32,571 nucleotides of DNA, taken from contig JAZDIV010000141.1 of assembly GCA_043804695.1 (NCBI GenBank), positions 1-32,571 on the forward strand, in the 5' to 3' direction. Below the pieces are notes generated by a model. The model was not told the origin of the DNA, searched no databases, and worked only from the letters and a program-made list of their open reading frames with translations. Origin of the DNA: PVC group bacterium (GTDB lineage: Bacteria > Auribacterota > Erginobacteria > Erginobacterales > Erginobacteraceae). The translations under genes were made by a program, and so were the position numbers. Of this stretch, positions 9,502 through 18,336 are shown piece by piece (the stretch's first letter is position 1; every line of letters begins with the position of its first letter).

Positions 9502-10962
9502 ATGGAACCGCAGACACTGCAAACCATCGTCGCCTGGTCGGGCGGGACACTGCTCAGCGGCGACCCGGCGGCGCGGACAACCGGCATCAGCATCGACAGC
9601 CGGTCCGTGCGGCCGGGAGAGCTTTTTCTGGCTCTCCCCGGAAAGAGATGCGATGGGCACGACTATGCCGCCGAGGCACTGTCCCGGCAGGCGGCCGGCG
9701 TGATTATCTCCCGGCCGGTCCCGGAAATCGGCCGGTGGCCGGCGGGAGGGGCCCTGATCCGGACGGCGGATTCTTTCCGGGCCCTGGCCGGCCTAGCCCG
9801 GGGGTACCGGGCTCTTTTTGACCTGACCGCCGTCGCCGTGACCGGCAGCAACGGCAAGACCACCACCAAGGACCTGATCGCCCGGCTCCTGAACGCCCGG
9901 ATGGAGACACTCGCCGCCCCGGCCAGTTATAACAATTTGGTCGGGCTCTCGTTGACTATTCTTCGATTGGAAAAGCGCCACCGGGCGGTCGTCTTTGAAC
10001 TGGGGATGAACCGGCCAGGAGAGATCCGGGAACTGGCGGACATCTGCCGTCCCGGGGCCGGGGTGATTACCAATGTCGGCCTGGCCCATATCGGTTATTT
10101 TGGGAGCGTCGATGAGATCGCTGCCGAGAAGGAGGCATTGCTGGGGGGATTGACGGGTGAAAAAGCGGCTTTTCTGAATGTCGACGACCGCCGGGTGGCC
10201 GCCATGGCCGGCTCCGCCCGGGGGCCGGTGATCGGGTTCGGATTCGGTCCCTCCGCCCGGATCCGGGCTTCCGATCCGCAACTGCTGCCGGACGGGGCCC
10301 GGTTCAGAGTCGCCCTCTCCGGAGGAGAATTGACGATCGATTCGCCGCTCCCCGGGCGCCACAATCTCTATAACCTTCTGGCCGCCCTGGCGGTCGCCGA
10401 CCATTGCGGCGTCCCTCCGGAGACGATACGGGAAACAGTCCGGACGGCCGCCCTCCCTCCCCGGCGCCTGGAGAAGGTCAGGGTCGGGGAGGCAACGGTC
10501 ATCAACGACGCCTATAACGCCAACCCCGCCTCGATGCGGGCCGCTCTCGAGGCCTGGCTGGGGATGGAAAGCGGCGGGCGCCGAATAATGGTCAGCGGCG
10601 ACATGAATGAACTGGGGACCTTTTCCGTTGCCGAGCATCGGGCCTGGGGAGCCGTCCTGGGCGGCGCCGGGCTGGATCGCCTGATTTTTGTCGGCCCCCG
10701 CTCGCGGGATGCCGCCGCCGCCGCCGTCGATCGGGGATTCCCCGGGAAGAAGGTGCACGCCGTCGGGGACTGTCGGGCGGCGGCGGCGGTGCTCCGTGAT
10801 GTCATTCGCCCGCGAGACAGCATCCTCATCAAGGGCTCCCGGGTGATGGAGATGGAGGAGATCGTGGAGGAGTTAACAAACAATACCAAAAGCAAAGCGC
10901 AAAATGCTGATGTCGATGCGGCCTGTACGGCATCTGAAAGGAATAATGGAGTACTGGAGTAA
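9502..10962 (+). CDS. murF: UDP-MurNAc-pentapeptide synthetase
   Basis: DSR, TGSNGKTTTK, ELGMN, DAYNANP.SM and KGSR motifs. The C-terminal tail runs into a repeat. Confidence 0.96.
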   Translation: MEPQTLQTIVAWSGGTLLSGDPAARTTGISIDSRSVRPGELFLALPGKRCDGHDYAAEALSRQAAGVIISRPVPEIGRWPAGGALIRTADSFRALAGLARGYRALFDLTAVAVTGSNGKTTTKDLIARLLNARMETLAAPASYNNLVGLSLTILRLEKRHRAVVFELGMNRPGEIRELADICRPGAGVITNVGLAHIGYFGSVDEIAAEKEALLGGLTGEKAAFLNVDDRRVAAMAGSARGPVIGFGFGPSARIRASDPQLLPDGARFRVALSGGELTIDSPLPGRHNLYNLLAALAVADHCGVPPETIRETVRTAALPPRRLEKVRVGEATVINDAYNANPASMRAALEAWLGMESGGRRIMVSGDMNELGTFSVAEHRAWGAVLGGAGLDRLIFVGPRSRDAAAAAVDRGFPGKKVHAVGDCRAAAAVLRDVIRPRDSILIKGSRVMEMEEIVEELTNNTKSKAQNADVDAACTASERNNGVLE

Positions 10963-11028
10963 TGGAGTGATGGAAACCGGCCGGGTGCCTGGGCAGTCTC
11001 TCCCAATACTCCAGTACTCCAATACTCC
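10940..11028. repeat. Inverted pair of 8-bp tandem arrays (GGAGTAAT / ATACTCCA)
   Basis: ggaataat ggagtact ggagtaat ggagtgat gg ... ccaatact ccagtact ccaatact cc. Confidence 0.85.
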
Positions 11029-11101
11029 CGGTTGTTTATTCGGGAATTCTAAGAATAAGAATATATCCGGCCAAGGATTTTTTTAGAAGCAGAGGTGTCC
11101 C

Positions 11102-12205
11102 ATGCTTTACTACATCTTTTACCCGCTCCGGAATGTCTGGTTCGGGTTCAACGTCTTCAAGTACATAACCTTCCGGGCGGCGGCGGCGGCGGTCACCGCC
11201 TTCCTCCTCACTATCGTCTTCGGCAAACCGATCATTGCCCGGCTCCGGGAACTGAAGGTCGGGGAGAAGATCCGGAGCGGCCGTTATTATGAAACCCTTC
11301 ATCAGTACCAAAAAGGGAAAGAAGGGACTCCCACCATGGGAGGCCTGATCATCCTCCTTTCAGTGCTGCTGGCCACTCTTTTCTGGGCCCGCCTGGCAAC
11401 GTTGCAGGTGCAGGTGATAGTGGTCTCTTCCCTCTGGCTGGGTCTGATCGGTTTTATCGACGACTGGATTAAGCTGCGGGGCCTCGGCCGTCGGGGGCTC
11501 CCGGGAAAAGTCAAGCTGGCCGGCCAGGTGCTGCTGGGGCTGGGGATCGCCCTTTTCCTCCTCCATCATCCGGAGACCTCTTCGTATGCCGCCCACCTCC
11601 GGATCCCGTTCTACAAGCACGTTGTCATCCAGGACCTGGGGATCTTTTCCATTTTCTTCACGATCCTGGTTCTGGTCGGGAGCACCAACGCGGTCAATCT
11701 GACCGACGGCCTGGACGGCCTGGCGATCGGGTGCCTGTCCATCGCCGCTCTCGCCTTTGCCGCGCTGTCCTATGTTATCGGGCACGCCCGGTTCGCCGAG
11801 TATCTCCAGGCGTTCTACATCCCCGGAGCGGGAGAACTGGCGGTCTTCTGCGCCGCCCTCGGGGGCGCCGGGCTCGGTTTTCTCTGGTTCAACGCTTACC
11901 CGGCCCAGGTCTTCATGGGCGATACCGGGGCGCTGGCCTGCGGGGGAGCCATCGGGACGGTGGCGGTTTTGATCAAGAAGGAGCTCTTTTTAATTTTAAT
12001 CGGAGGCGTCTTCGTCATCGAGGCCGCCTCGGTTATCCTCCAGGTGATTTCCTTCAAGCTGTGGGGCCGCCGGATCTTCAAGATGGCCCCGCTCCATCAT
12101 CACTTTGAGCTGCAGAATATCCCGGAGAGCAAGATCACCGTCCGCTTCTGGATCTGCGCGGTCGTCTTTGCCTTGATCGGGCTGGGAGCTCTGAAGGTGC
12201 AATGA
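11102..12205 (+). CDS. mraY: Phospho-MurNAc-pentapeptide transferase
   Basis: K.GTPTMGG, GFIDD, NAVNLTDGLDGL, VFMGDTG and APLHHHFE motifs. Confidence 0.98.
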   Translation: MLYYIFYPLRNVWFGFNVFKYITFRAAAAAVTAFLLTIVFGKPIIARLRELKVGEKIRSGRYYETLHQYQKGKEGTPTMGGLIILLSVLLATLFWARLATLQVQVIVVSSLWLGLIGFIDDWIKLRGLGRRGLPGKVKLAGQVLLGLGIALFLLHHPETSSYAAHLRIPFYKHVVIQDLGIFSIFFTILVLVGSTNAVNLTDGLDGLAIGCLSIAALAFAALSYVIGHARFAEYLQAFYIPGAGELAVFCAALGGAGLGFLWFNAYPAQVFMGDTGALACGGAIGTVAVLIKKELFLILIGGVFVIEAASVILQVISFKLWGRRIFKMAPLHHHFELQNIPESKITVRFWICAVVFALIGLGALKVQ

Positions 12206-12264
12206 ACCGGGGAGAACAGAGTGCGCCGTCTTTTTAATTTTCCAGAAGCAAGCCGGCAGGTGAG

Positions 12265-13656
12265 ATGAACGGCATTATGGAAATAAAGGGGAAAAAGGCG
12301 CTGGTTCTCGGGCTGGGGCTGAGCGGGGAGGCGGCGGCGGAACTTCTCTTGAAAGAAGGGGCGTCGGTCACCGTGATCGACGACGGCGCCGGACCCCTCC
12401 TGCAGGAACGGGGCGCCCGGCTCAGCGAGATGGGGGCGAAGGTCGTGCTGGGGCGGGGAGGAACCGGCGCCGCCGGTTCTTTTGATCTGGCGGTCCTCAG
12501 CCCGGGGATCCCGCCTTCCCATCCGGCCCTTGTCCGGGCCCGGGAGATGGGGATCCCGGTCGCCGGGGAGGTCGAGCTGGCGGCGCGCTTCCTGCCGGGA
12601 CCGGTGATCGCCGTGACCGGGACCAATGGCAAGACCACGACGGTGAGTTTGATCGTCGAGATGTTCCTCCGGGCCGGTCTCCCCGCGGTGGCCGCGGGGA
12701 ACATCGGCTATCCCCTTTCCCGGGTTGCCCTGGAAAAGAAAACGGGCCTCACGGTCGTGGCGGAGATCAGCTCCTTCCAGCTGGAAGGGGCGGGCTTCTT
12801 CCGTCCGGGGACGGCGGTTTTTTTGAATCTGGATCCCGATCATCTGGACCGGTATCCGGAGATGTCGGATTACCTGGCCGCCAAGCTGCGGATTTTCCGG
12901 GACCAGGGGCCGGGTGACCGGGCGGTAATGCCGGAGCGCCTCCTGCCCCTGCTGGGAAAGGCCGTCCCCGGCGGCGTGGAGATACGCACCTGGGGAGGGC
13001 GGGAAGGGATGGTCCGGGAAGAAGGGGGGAGCATCTGGCTGGTTCGTCCCGCGGGGCGGGAGAGAATATGCAAGGAGAGCGAGATCCTGCTTCGGGGACC
13101 GCATAACCGGGAAAACGTAATGGCGGCCGCCGCGGCCGCCGTCCTGGCGGGACTGCCGGCCGGGGAGGTCGGTGCGGCGGTCCGCTCTTTTCGCGGGCTG
13201 CCCCACCGGCTGGAATATGTTGCCGACATCGCCGGCGTCCGGTTCTACAACGACTCCAAGGTGACCAATCCGGGAGCGGTCCGGGCGGCCCTGAAATCCT
13301 TTGACCGGCCGGTGATCTGGCTGGCCGGGGGGAGCGATAAGAACCTGGACTTCTCGCCCCTCGGGCCGCTCCTCGGGCGTGCGGTCACGCTGGCGCTGCT
13401 GATGGGGGAAAGCCGGGAGAAACTGCGCTGCCTGGTTGACGGCCGGGTTCCCTTTTTGACGGTCTCCGGGCTGGAGGAAGCGGTGAGCGAGGCTTTCCGG
13501 CGGTCCGGGCCGGGCGATGTCGTCCTGCTCTCGCCCGGCTGCGCCAGCTTCGACATGTTCGCCGACTACCGCGAGCGGGGAGACAGGTTCAAGGAAATTG
13601 TCGGGAAAATGAGTGTTCAGGCCGTTCAAACGGCTCAAACGGTTAAAACAGCTTAA
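12265..13656 (+). CDS. murD: UDP-MurNAc-L-Ala:D-Glu ligase (start may be 12277)
   Basis: GLGLSG, SPGI, TGTNGKTT, EISSFQL, DHLDRY, PHRLE, NDSK.TN and LLSPGCASFD motifs. Confidence 0.97.
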   Translation: MNGIMEIKGKKALVLGLGLSGEAAAELLLKEGASVTVIDDGAGPLLQERGARLSEMGAKVVLGRGGTGAAGSFDLAVLSPGIPPSHPALVRAREMGIPVAGEVELAARFLPGPVIAVTGTNGKTTTVSLIVEMFLRAGLPAVAAGNIGYPLSRVALEKKTGLTVVAEISSFQLEGAGFFRPGTAVFLNLDPDHLDRYPEMSDYLAAKLRIFRDQGPGDRAVMPERLLPLLGKAVPGGVEIRTWGGREGMVREEGGSIWLVRPAGRERICKESEILLRGPHNRENVMAAAAAAVLAGLPAGEVGAAVRSFRGLPHRLEYVADIAGVRFYNDSKVTNPGAVRAALKSFDRPVIWLAGGSDKNLDFSPLGPLLGRAVTLALLMGESREKLRCLVDGRVPFLTVSGLEEAVSEAFRRSGPGDVVLLSPGCASFDMFADYRERGDRFKEIVGKMSVQAVQTAQTVKTA

Positions 13657-13686
13657 ACGGCTCAAACGGTTAAAACGGCTCATACT
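13615..13686 (+). repeat. Eight degenerate copies of a 9-bp unit (GYTCAAACG) spanning the murD stop
   Basis: gttcaggcc gttcaaacg gctcaaacg gttaaaaca gcttaaacg gctcaaacg gttaaaacg gctcatact. Confidence 0.85.
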
Positions 13687-13725
13687 GAATACAACAGGGA
13701 ATCCGTAACCAAAGGAGGGAGCGGG

Positions 13726-14160
13726 ATGAATAAAACGAAAATGATTATGTTTGCCGGCCTGGGGTCTCTGGTCTCGGTGTTGATCTGGAGCTTCATCGGG
13801 GGATGCCATACCGCCCCGGAGAAACCGAAGGAGACGAGCCGGGTGGAACCGGCTTCTCTTTCCGAAGAGATGCCGCCGGCGGTCGAGACCGAAGAGACCG
13901 TGATCGAAGAGATGGCCCCGGCCGGGGAAAGGGAAAAAGAGGCGGTGGTGGCGAAGGAGGAGGCTGCCGGGCCGAAGGGGCTCCCGGCTCCCCCGGCCCC
14001 CGAAGCGGCGCCGGCCGGCCGCGTTCACACGGTGGGGAAGGGGGACACGCTCTGGGCCATCAGCCGCGAATACGACGTCAGCGTTCAGAAGATCCAGGAG
14101 GCCAACTCGATCGATGACCCCGGCCGTCTCACGATCGGGCAGAAGATCCGGATACCGTAG
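13726..14160 (+). CDS. LysM-domain putative lipoprotein
   Basis: Hydrophobic N-terminus ending IGGC, acidic Pro/Ala linker, C-terminal LysM (HTVGKGDTLWAISREY...GQKIRIP), AAGGAGG RBS. Confidence 0.9.
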   Translation: MNKTKMIMFAGLGSLVSVLIWSFIGGCHTAPEKPKETSRVEPASLSEEMPPAVETEETVIEEMAPAGEREKEAVVAKEEAAGPKGLPAPPAPEAAPAGRVHTVGKGDTLWAISREYDVSVQKIQEANSIDDPGRLTIGQKIRIP

Positions 14161-14166
14161 CTGGAC

Positions 14167-14381
14167 CCTGTTCGAAAAAGTTTTCGAGCAGGAAATCCTA
14201 AATCCTAATATCGAAATCCTAAATAAATCCAAAATCCAAATGACCAAATATCCACATATCGCGACGCTGGGCAAAATTATTTTGAATTTATGATTTTGGT
14301 CATTTGATATTATTTAGGATTTCGTATTTTCCGCCAGAGGCGTATCAGCCTTTGGCTGTAGATTTTAGAATTTTAGAGCTT
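14167..14381. repeat. Hairpin plus inverted 7-bp arrays (AAATCCW) with a nested GC palindrome
   Basis: cctgttcgaaaa-ag-ttttcgagcagg, then aaatcct aaatcct aatatcg aaatcct...aatgacc aaat. The right arm tttggtcatttgatattatttaggatttcg is its inverse. Confidence 0.85.
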
Positions 14382-14499
14382 AAGATTTTTTCGAGTAAGC
14401 TCTATCTGTCTCCCGCCGCCGGAGAAAATGGTCGAAAGAGCAGGGGAGGCATAGATGACAGGTCGGGCGTGAGCATCTCCGCCCCGAGTATTGATTGTT

Positions 14500-15660
14500 A
14501 TGCAGGTCAGCCGACTGAGGATGATTCTGATTTTCCTGATCGCCGCTTTTCTCGGCGTGGGGCTGCTGATGATTTACAGCAGCAGCGCCGTTTACGCCGC
14601 CGACAGGTACGGCGACAGCTACCTGCTCCTGAAGCGCCAGCTGCTCTGGCTGGGGGCGGGGGCGGTTGTCTTTGCCATTGCCGGGAGAATCGATTATCAC
14701 TGGTTTCAGAAAAAAAGCCGCTATCTCCTCCTGCTCGGGGTGCTTCTGCTGGCGGCAGTCTTCGTGCCCGGGCTGGGGCGGAGCGTCGGCGGCGCGCGCC
14801 GGTGGCTGAACCTGGGAGTGATGGGGTTTCAGCCCTCGGAGCTGGTGAAGTACCTGGCGGTGATCTACCTGGCCGACCTGCTCTCCCGCCGCCAGAATTC
14901 GCTCTCCAGCTTCACCGGCGGCTTTCTTCCTCCGCTGGCGGTGATCGGCGCCCTCTGCGGCCTGGTTGTCATCCAGCCGGACCTGGGGTCTGCCCTCAGC
15001 ATCGGGGTGATCGGCCTGCTCATGCTCTATCTCGGCGGCGCGCGCCTTGTCCATCTGGGCGCGCTCTGTCTCTCCGCGATCCCGGTTCTGGCGGTCATGA
15101 TCGTGAAGGTCGGATACCGAAGGCGTCGGATCATGGCGTTCATCGATCCCTGGGCCGACCCCCGGGGGACGGGATTTCAGATCATCCAGTCGCTGATCGC
15201 GCTGGGCTCCGGCGGCCCGACCGGTCTGGGATTGGGAGAGAGCCGTCAGAAGCTGTTCTACCTGCCTGCCGCCACCACCGACTTCATCTTTTCCATCCTG
15301 GGAGAAGAGCTCGGATTTTTGGGGACCGGCCTGGTGATCATCCTGGTGGTAGGCCTGCTGATCGTCGGTTTCGCCATCGCCCGGCGGGCGGATGATCTTT
15401 TCGGAAGCCTCCTTGCCGAGGGGATCACCGCGATGCTGGTCTTGCAGGCCATGGTCAACATGGGTGTGTCGTCCGGCATCCTGCCGACCAAAGGGCTCCC
15501 GCTGCCGTTTGTCAGCTACGGCGGTTCGAACCTCATCGTCAGCTTCCTGGCGGTGGGGATCCTGGCCAATATCGCCGCTCACCAGGACAGTGAATGCCGT
15601 TATCGCCGGGGAGGCGCGCCTCTCTATATCTTCAGTAAACCCAGAAAGGAGAAAAAGTGA
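14500..15660 (+). CDS. ftsW: SEDS peptidoglycan polymerase FtsW
   Basis: GLLMIYSSS, GARRW, FQPSE..K, QPDLG, TDFIFSILGEELG and LPTKGLPLPFVSYGGS motifs. Confidence 0.97.
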   Translation: MQVSRLRMILIFLIAAFLGVGLLMIYSSSAVYAADRYGDSYLLLKRQLLWLGAGAVVFAIAGRIDYHWFQKKSRYLLLLGVLLLAAVFVPGLGRSVGGARRWLNLGVMGFQPSELVKYLAVIYLADLLSRRQNSLSSFTGGFLPPLAVIGALCGLVVIQPDLGSALSIGVIGLLMLYLGGARLVHLGALCLSAIPVLAVMIVKVGYRRRRIMAFIDPWADPRGTGFQIIQSLIALGSGGPTGLGLGESRQKLFYLPAATTDFIFSILGEELGFLGTGLVIILVVGLLIVGFAIARRADDLFGSLLAEGITAMLVLQAMVNMGVSSGILPTKGLPLPFVSYGGSNLIVSFLAVGILANIAAHQDSECRYRRGGAPLYIFSKPRKEKK

Positions 15661-15836
15661 TGAAAGAAGATCTCTGTCCGGATTTTGACACCTGCTTCAT
15701 CAGCAGCATGCTGAAAGCCATCGAGGTTCCCCATGTCCTGCAGTACTGCATGAAGCACTACGGGAACTGTCGTTATCACTCTCGTCCGGCCCGGGAAGCC
15801 GTTGCCGGCCAACGGGCGAAAGAGGCGGATGCGTGA
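15660..15836 (+). CDS. Uncalled 58-aa four-cysteine small protein
   Basis: AAGGAG RBS at 15646-15651. The ATG overlaps the ftsW stop and the TGA overlaps the murG GTG. Cys pattern C-x5-C-x17-C-x6-C. Confidence 0.75.
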   Translation: MKEDLCPDFDTCFISSMLKAIEVPHVLQYCMKHYGNCRYHSRPAREAVAGQRAKEADA

Positions 15837-16942
15837 AGATCGCCTTTGCGGGCGGTGGCACCGGAGGCCATCTCGCTCCCGCGATCGCGGTCCTGGAGGA
15901 GCTGCGGTTCCGGGGCGATGATTCCCCGGCGCTTTTTCTGACCGCCGGGAAAACGGCTGAAAATCTGGGAAAGATGCTGCCCGCCGTCCGGAGCGTTCTT
16001 CTCCCGGCGGCCCCCCTCGCCGGGCGGCGGTGGTGGACGATCCCCCGGGCGCTGATGCGGAACCGGCGGGGATATAGGCTTAGCCGGGCTGAGCTGACCG
16101 CGGCCTCCCCCGATCTGGTGGTCGGCCTGGGCGGATACGTGTCGGCGCCCCCCGTTCTGGCCGCCCGCCGGCTGGGGATCCCGGTGGTGCTGCACGAACA
16201 GAACCTGGTGATGGGCCGTGCTAACCGGTTCCTGGCGCGGTATGCCGACCGGGTCGTCGGCAGCTACCCTCTCCGGTTATCCGGAGGGGCTCCCCGCGTC
16301 CTGTCGGGGATCGGGTTCCCGATCCGGCAGGCGGCCCGGCTGGCGGCTCCGGAAGGCACCGGCGCCGGGTGGGGGCTGGAGCCCGGCCGGTTCACCGTTC
16401 TCGTTCTCGGGGGGAGCCGGGGCGCGCGCCCTCTTAACCGGCTGCTGGAGGAAGCGCTCCGGGGCCGGGCGATCCCCGGTGACGCGCAGTTTATTCATTG
16501 TACCGGCCCCGACGACCGGGAGAGGATGGCCGGGGCTTACCGGGCGGCCGGCCTTCCCGCCGCCGTCTTCGCCTCCCTGGCCGAGATCGGGCAGGCGTAC
16601 AGCCTGGCCCGCCTCGTGATCGGGAGGGCCGGGGGGGCCACCCTGGGCGAGATCGCTTACTGGGGGCTCCCCGCGATCCTGGTCCCTTATCCATTGGCCG
16701 CCGACGATCACCAGCTGGCCAACGCCCGGTATTTTCAGGAGGCCGGCGCCGCGCTGGTTTACGAGCAGGCGGACCTGACGGCGCCGATCCTGAACGCGGA
16801 GATCCGGCGGTTGAGAAAGGAGGGGGAGCTGCTGAAGAAGATGTCGGCCGCCGCCCGGGGGCTCTATCTCCCCGGGGCGGCCGGGAGGATGGTCGACATT
16901 TTCCGGGAAGTGCTCGAAAACAAACATGAAGGCCTCGGATAA
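15833..16942 (+). CDS. murG: Lipid II GlcNAc transferase
   Basis: GGGTGGH, GLGGYVS, HEQN, GGSRGA, RAGGAT..E and HQ..NA motifs. Confidence 0.96.
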   Translation: MKIAFAGGGTGGHLAPAIAVLEELRFRGDDSPALFLTAGKTAENLGKMLPAVRSVLLPAAPLAGRRWWTIPRALMRNRRGYRLSRAELTAASPDLVVGLGGYVSAPPVLAARRLGIPVVLHEQNLVMGRANRFLARYADRVVGSYPLRLSGGAPRVLSGIGFPIRQAARLAAPEGTGAGWGLEPGRFTVLVLGGSRGARPLNRLLEEALRGRAIPGDAQFIHCTGPDDRERMAGAYRAAGLPAAVFASLAEIGQAYSLARLVIGRAGGATLGEIAYWGLPAILVPYPLAADDHQLANARYFQEAGAALVYEQADLTAPILNAEIRRLRKEGELLKKMSAAARGLYLPGAAGRMVDIFREVLENKHEGLG

Positions 16943-18323
16943 AATGACGGTGTTCGGGCGGCCCGATGTCAAGGCGGTCCATTTTGTCGGGGTCGGCGGC
17001 GCCGGGATGAATGTCCTGGCCGGGATCCTGATCTCGCTGGGGCTGGAGGTCTCCGGCTCCGACCTTCGCCGGAGTCCGGCGACCGAACGTCTCGCCGCCC
17101 GAGGCGCCTCCATCAGGGAAGGCCACCGGTCGGAACAGGCGGCCGGGGCCGACCTGCTGGTGTATTCCTCCGCCGTCAGGCGGGATAACCCCGAGCTGGC
17201 GGCGGCCCGGTCGCGGGGAGTCCCCATTCTCCACCGCTCGGAGCTTCTGGGGGGGTTGATGAAGCTGAAGCGGGGGGTCGCGGTCGCCGGGAGCCATGGA
17301 AAGACCTCGACCGCGGCCATGATCGCCTGGATCCTGGTCCGGTCCGGGTATGCGCCGTCCCTGGCTCTGGGGGGCGACGCCATCGGTCTGGAAGATGACC
17401 CGGGATGGGGGGCCGGCGACCTGCTGGTGGCGGAGGCGGATGAGAGCGACGGCTCCCTGGAACGGCTCGCTCCGGCGGCGGAAGTGATCACCGGGCTCGA
17501 CCTTGATCATGTCGATTATTATTCCAGCTGGGAAAAGCTGATCGACACCTTCCGCCGGTTTGTGGACCGGCTGCCGCCGGAGGGGACACTGGTCATCCAT
17601 CAGGACACGGCCGATCTGGAGCGGCTCCGGAAAGGAGTCGGCCGGGTGCTGACCTATGGATTGAACCCGGGCGCCCGGGTCCGGGCGGCCGGTGTCCGCC
17701 TGGAGCGGGGAGGAAGCTGTTTCACGGTTGAAAAAGACGGGGATGAACTGGGCGAGGCGGCCCTCCCGCAGCTTGGTCTCTGCAACGTGCAGAACAGCCT
17801 GGGAGCGATCGCCCTCTGTCTGGAGGAGGGGGTCCCTTTCCCGATGATCTCCCGGGCGCTGGCCGGATTCCGGGGCGTCCGCCGGCGGCTGGAGATCAGG
17901 TCCGCCGGCCCCGTCATGGTCGTGGTAGACTATGCCCATCACCCGGTTGAGATTGTCGCCGCCCTGGCCGCCGTTCGGACCGCGCGGCCCCGGAAAATCT
18001 GGTGTGTTTTTCAGCCGCACCGGTACACCCGGACCCGCCATTTCTTCCGGGAGCTGGCGGAGTCGCTCCTCGGGGCCGACCGGATCATCATCACCGAGCT
18101 CTATCCCGCGTTCGAGCTCCCGCTGCCCGGGGTTAGTTCCGCCCTTCTGGTGGATGCTCTGAAAGAACGGGGGCGCGCCGATCCGGTCCTGATGGAGCAG
18201 TCGGCGATCCGTCCGTACCTGGAGCGGGAAGTGGCCGAGGGCGACGTTGTCGTGATCATGGGGGCGGGTGACGTCGGGCGGTTGGCCGGCGACCTGGCCC
18301 GTAACCCCCTGCGTGGGGGGTAA
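16926..18323 (+). CDS. murC: UDP-MurNAc:L-Ala ligase
   Basis: HFVGVGGAGM, GSHGKTST, EADESDGS, DYAHHP.E and FQPHRYTRT motifs. Confidence 0.97.
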   Translation: MKASDKMTVFGRPDVKAVHFVGVGGAGMNVLAGILISLGLEVSGSDLRRSPATERLAARGASIREGHRSEQAAGADLLVYSSAVRRDNPELAAARSRGVPILHRSELLGGLMKLKRGVAVAGSHGKTSTAAMIAWILVRSGYAPSLALGGDAIGLEDDPGWGAGDLLVAEADESDGSLERLAPAAEVITGLDLDHVDYYSSWEKLIDTFRRFVDRLPPEGTLVIHQDTADLERLRKGVGRVLTYGLNPGARVRAAGVRLERGGSCFTVEKDGDELGEAALPQLGLCNVQNSLGAIALCLEEGVPFPMISRALAGFRGVRRRLEIRSAGPVMVVVDYAHHPVEIVAALAAVRTARPRKIWCVFQPHRYTRTRHFFRELAESLLGADRIIITELYPAFELPLPGVSSALLVDALKERGRADPVLMEQSAIRPYLEREVAEGDVVVIMGAGDVGRLAGDLARNPLRGG

Positions 18324-18336
18324 AAAACATCTATGT

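Noticed and set aside
12100..14274. 724-aa minus-strand ORF, and similar long antisense ORFs at 7957-9357, 14380-15582, 16491-18041, 20329-21606, 25425-26816 and 28243-29502
   Set aside because: They lie antisense to unambiguous housekeeping genes, have no recognisable motifs, and are the expected shadow ORFs of GC-rich codon usage.
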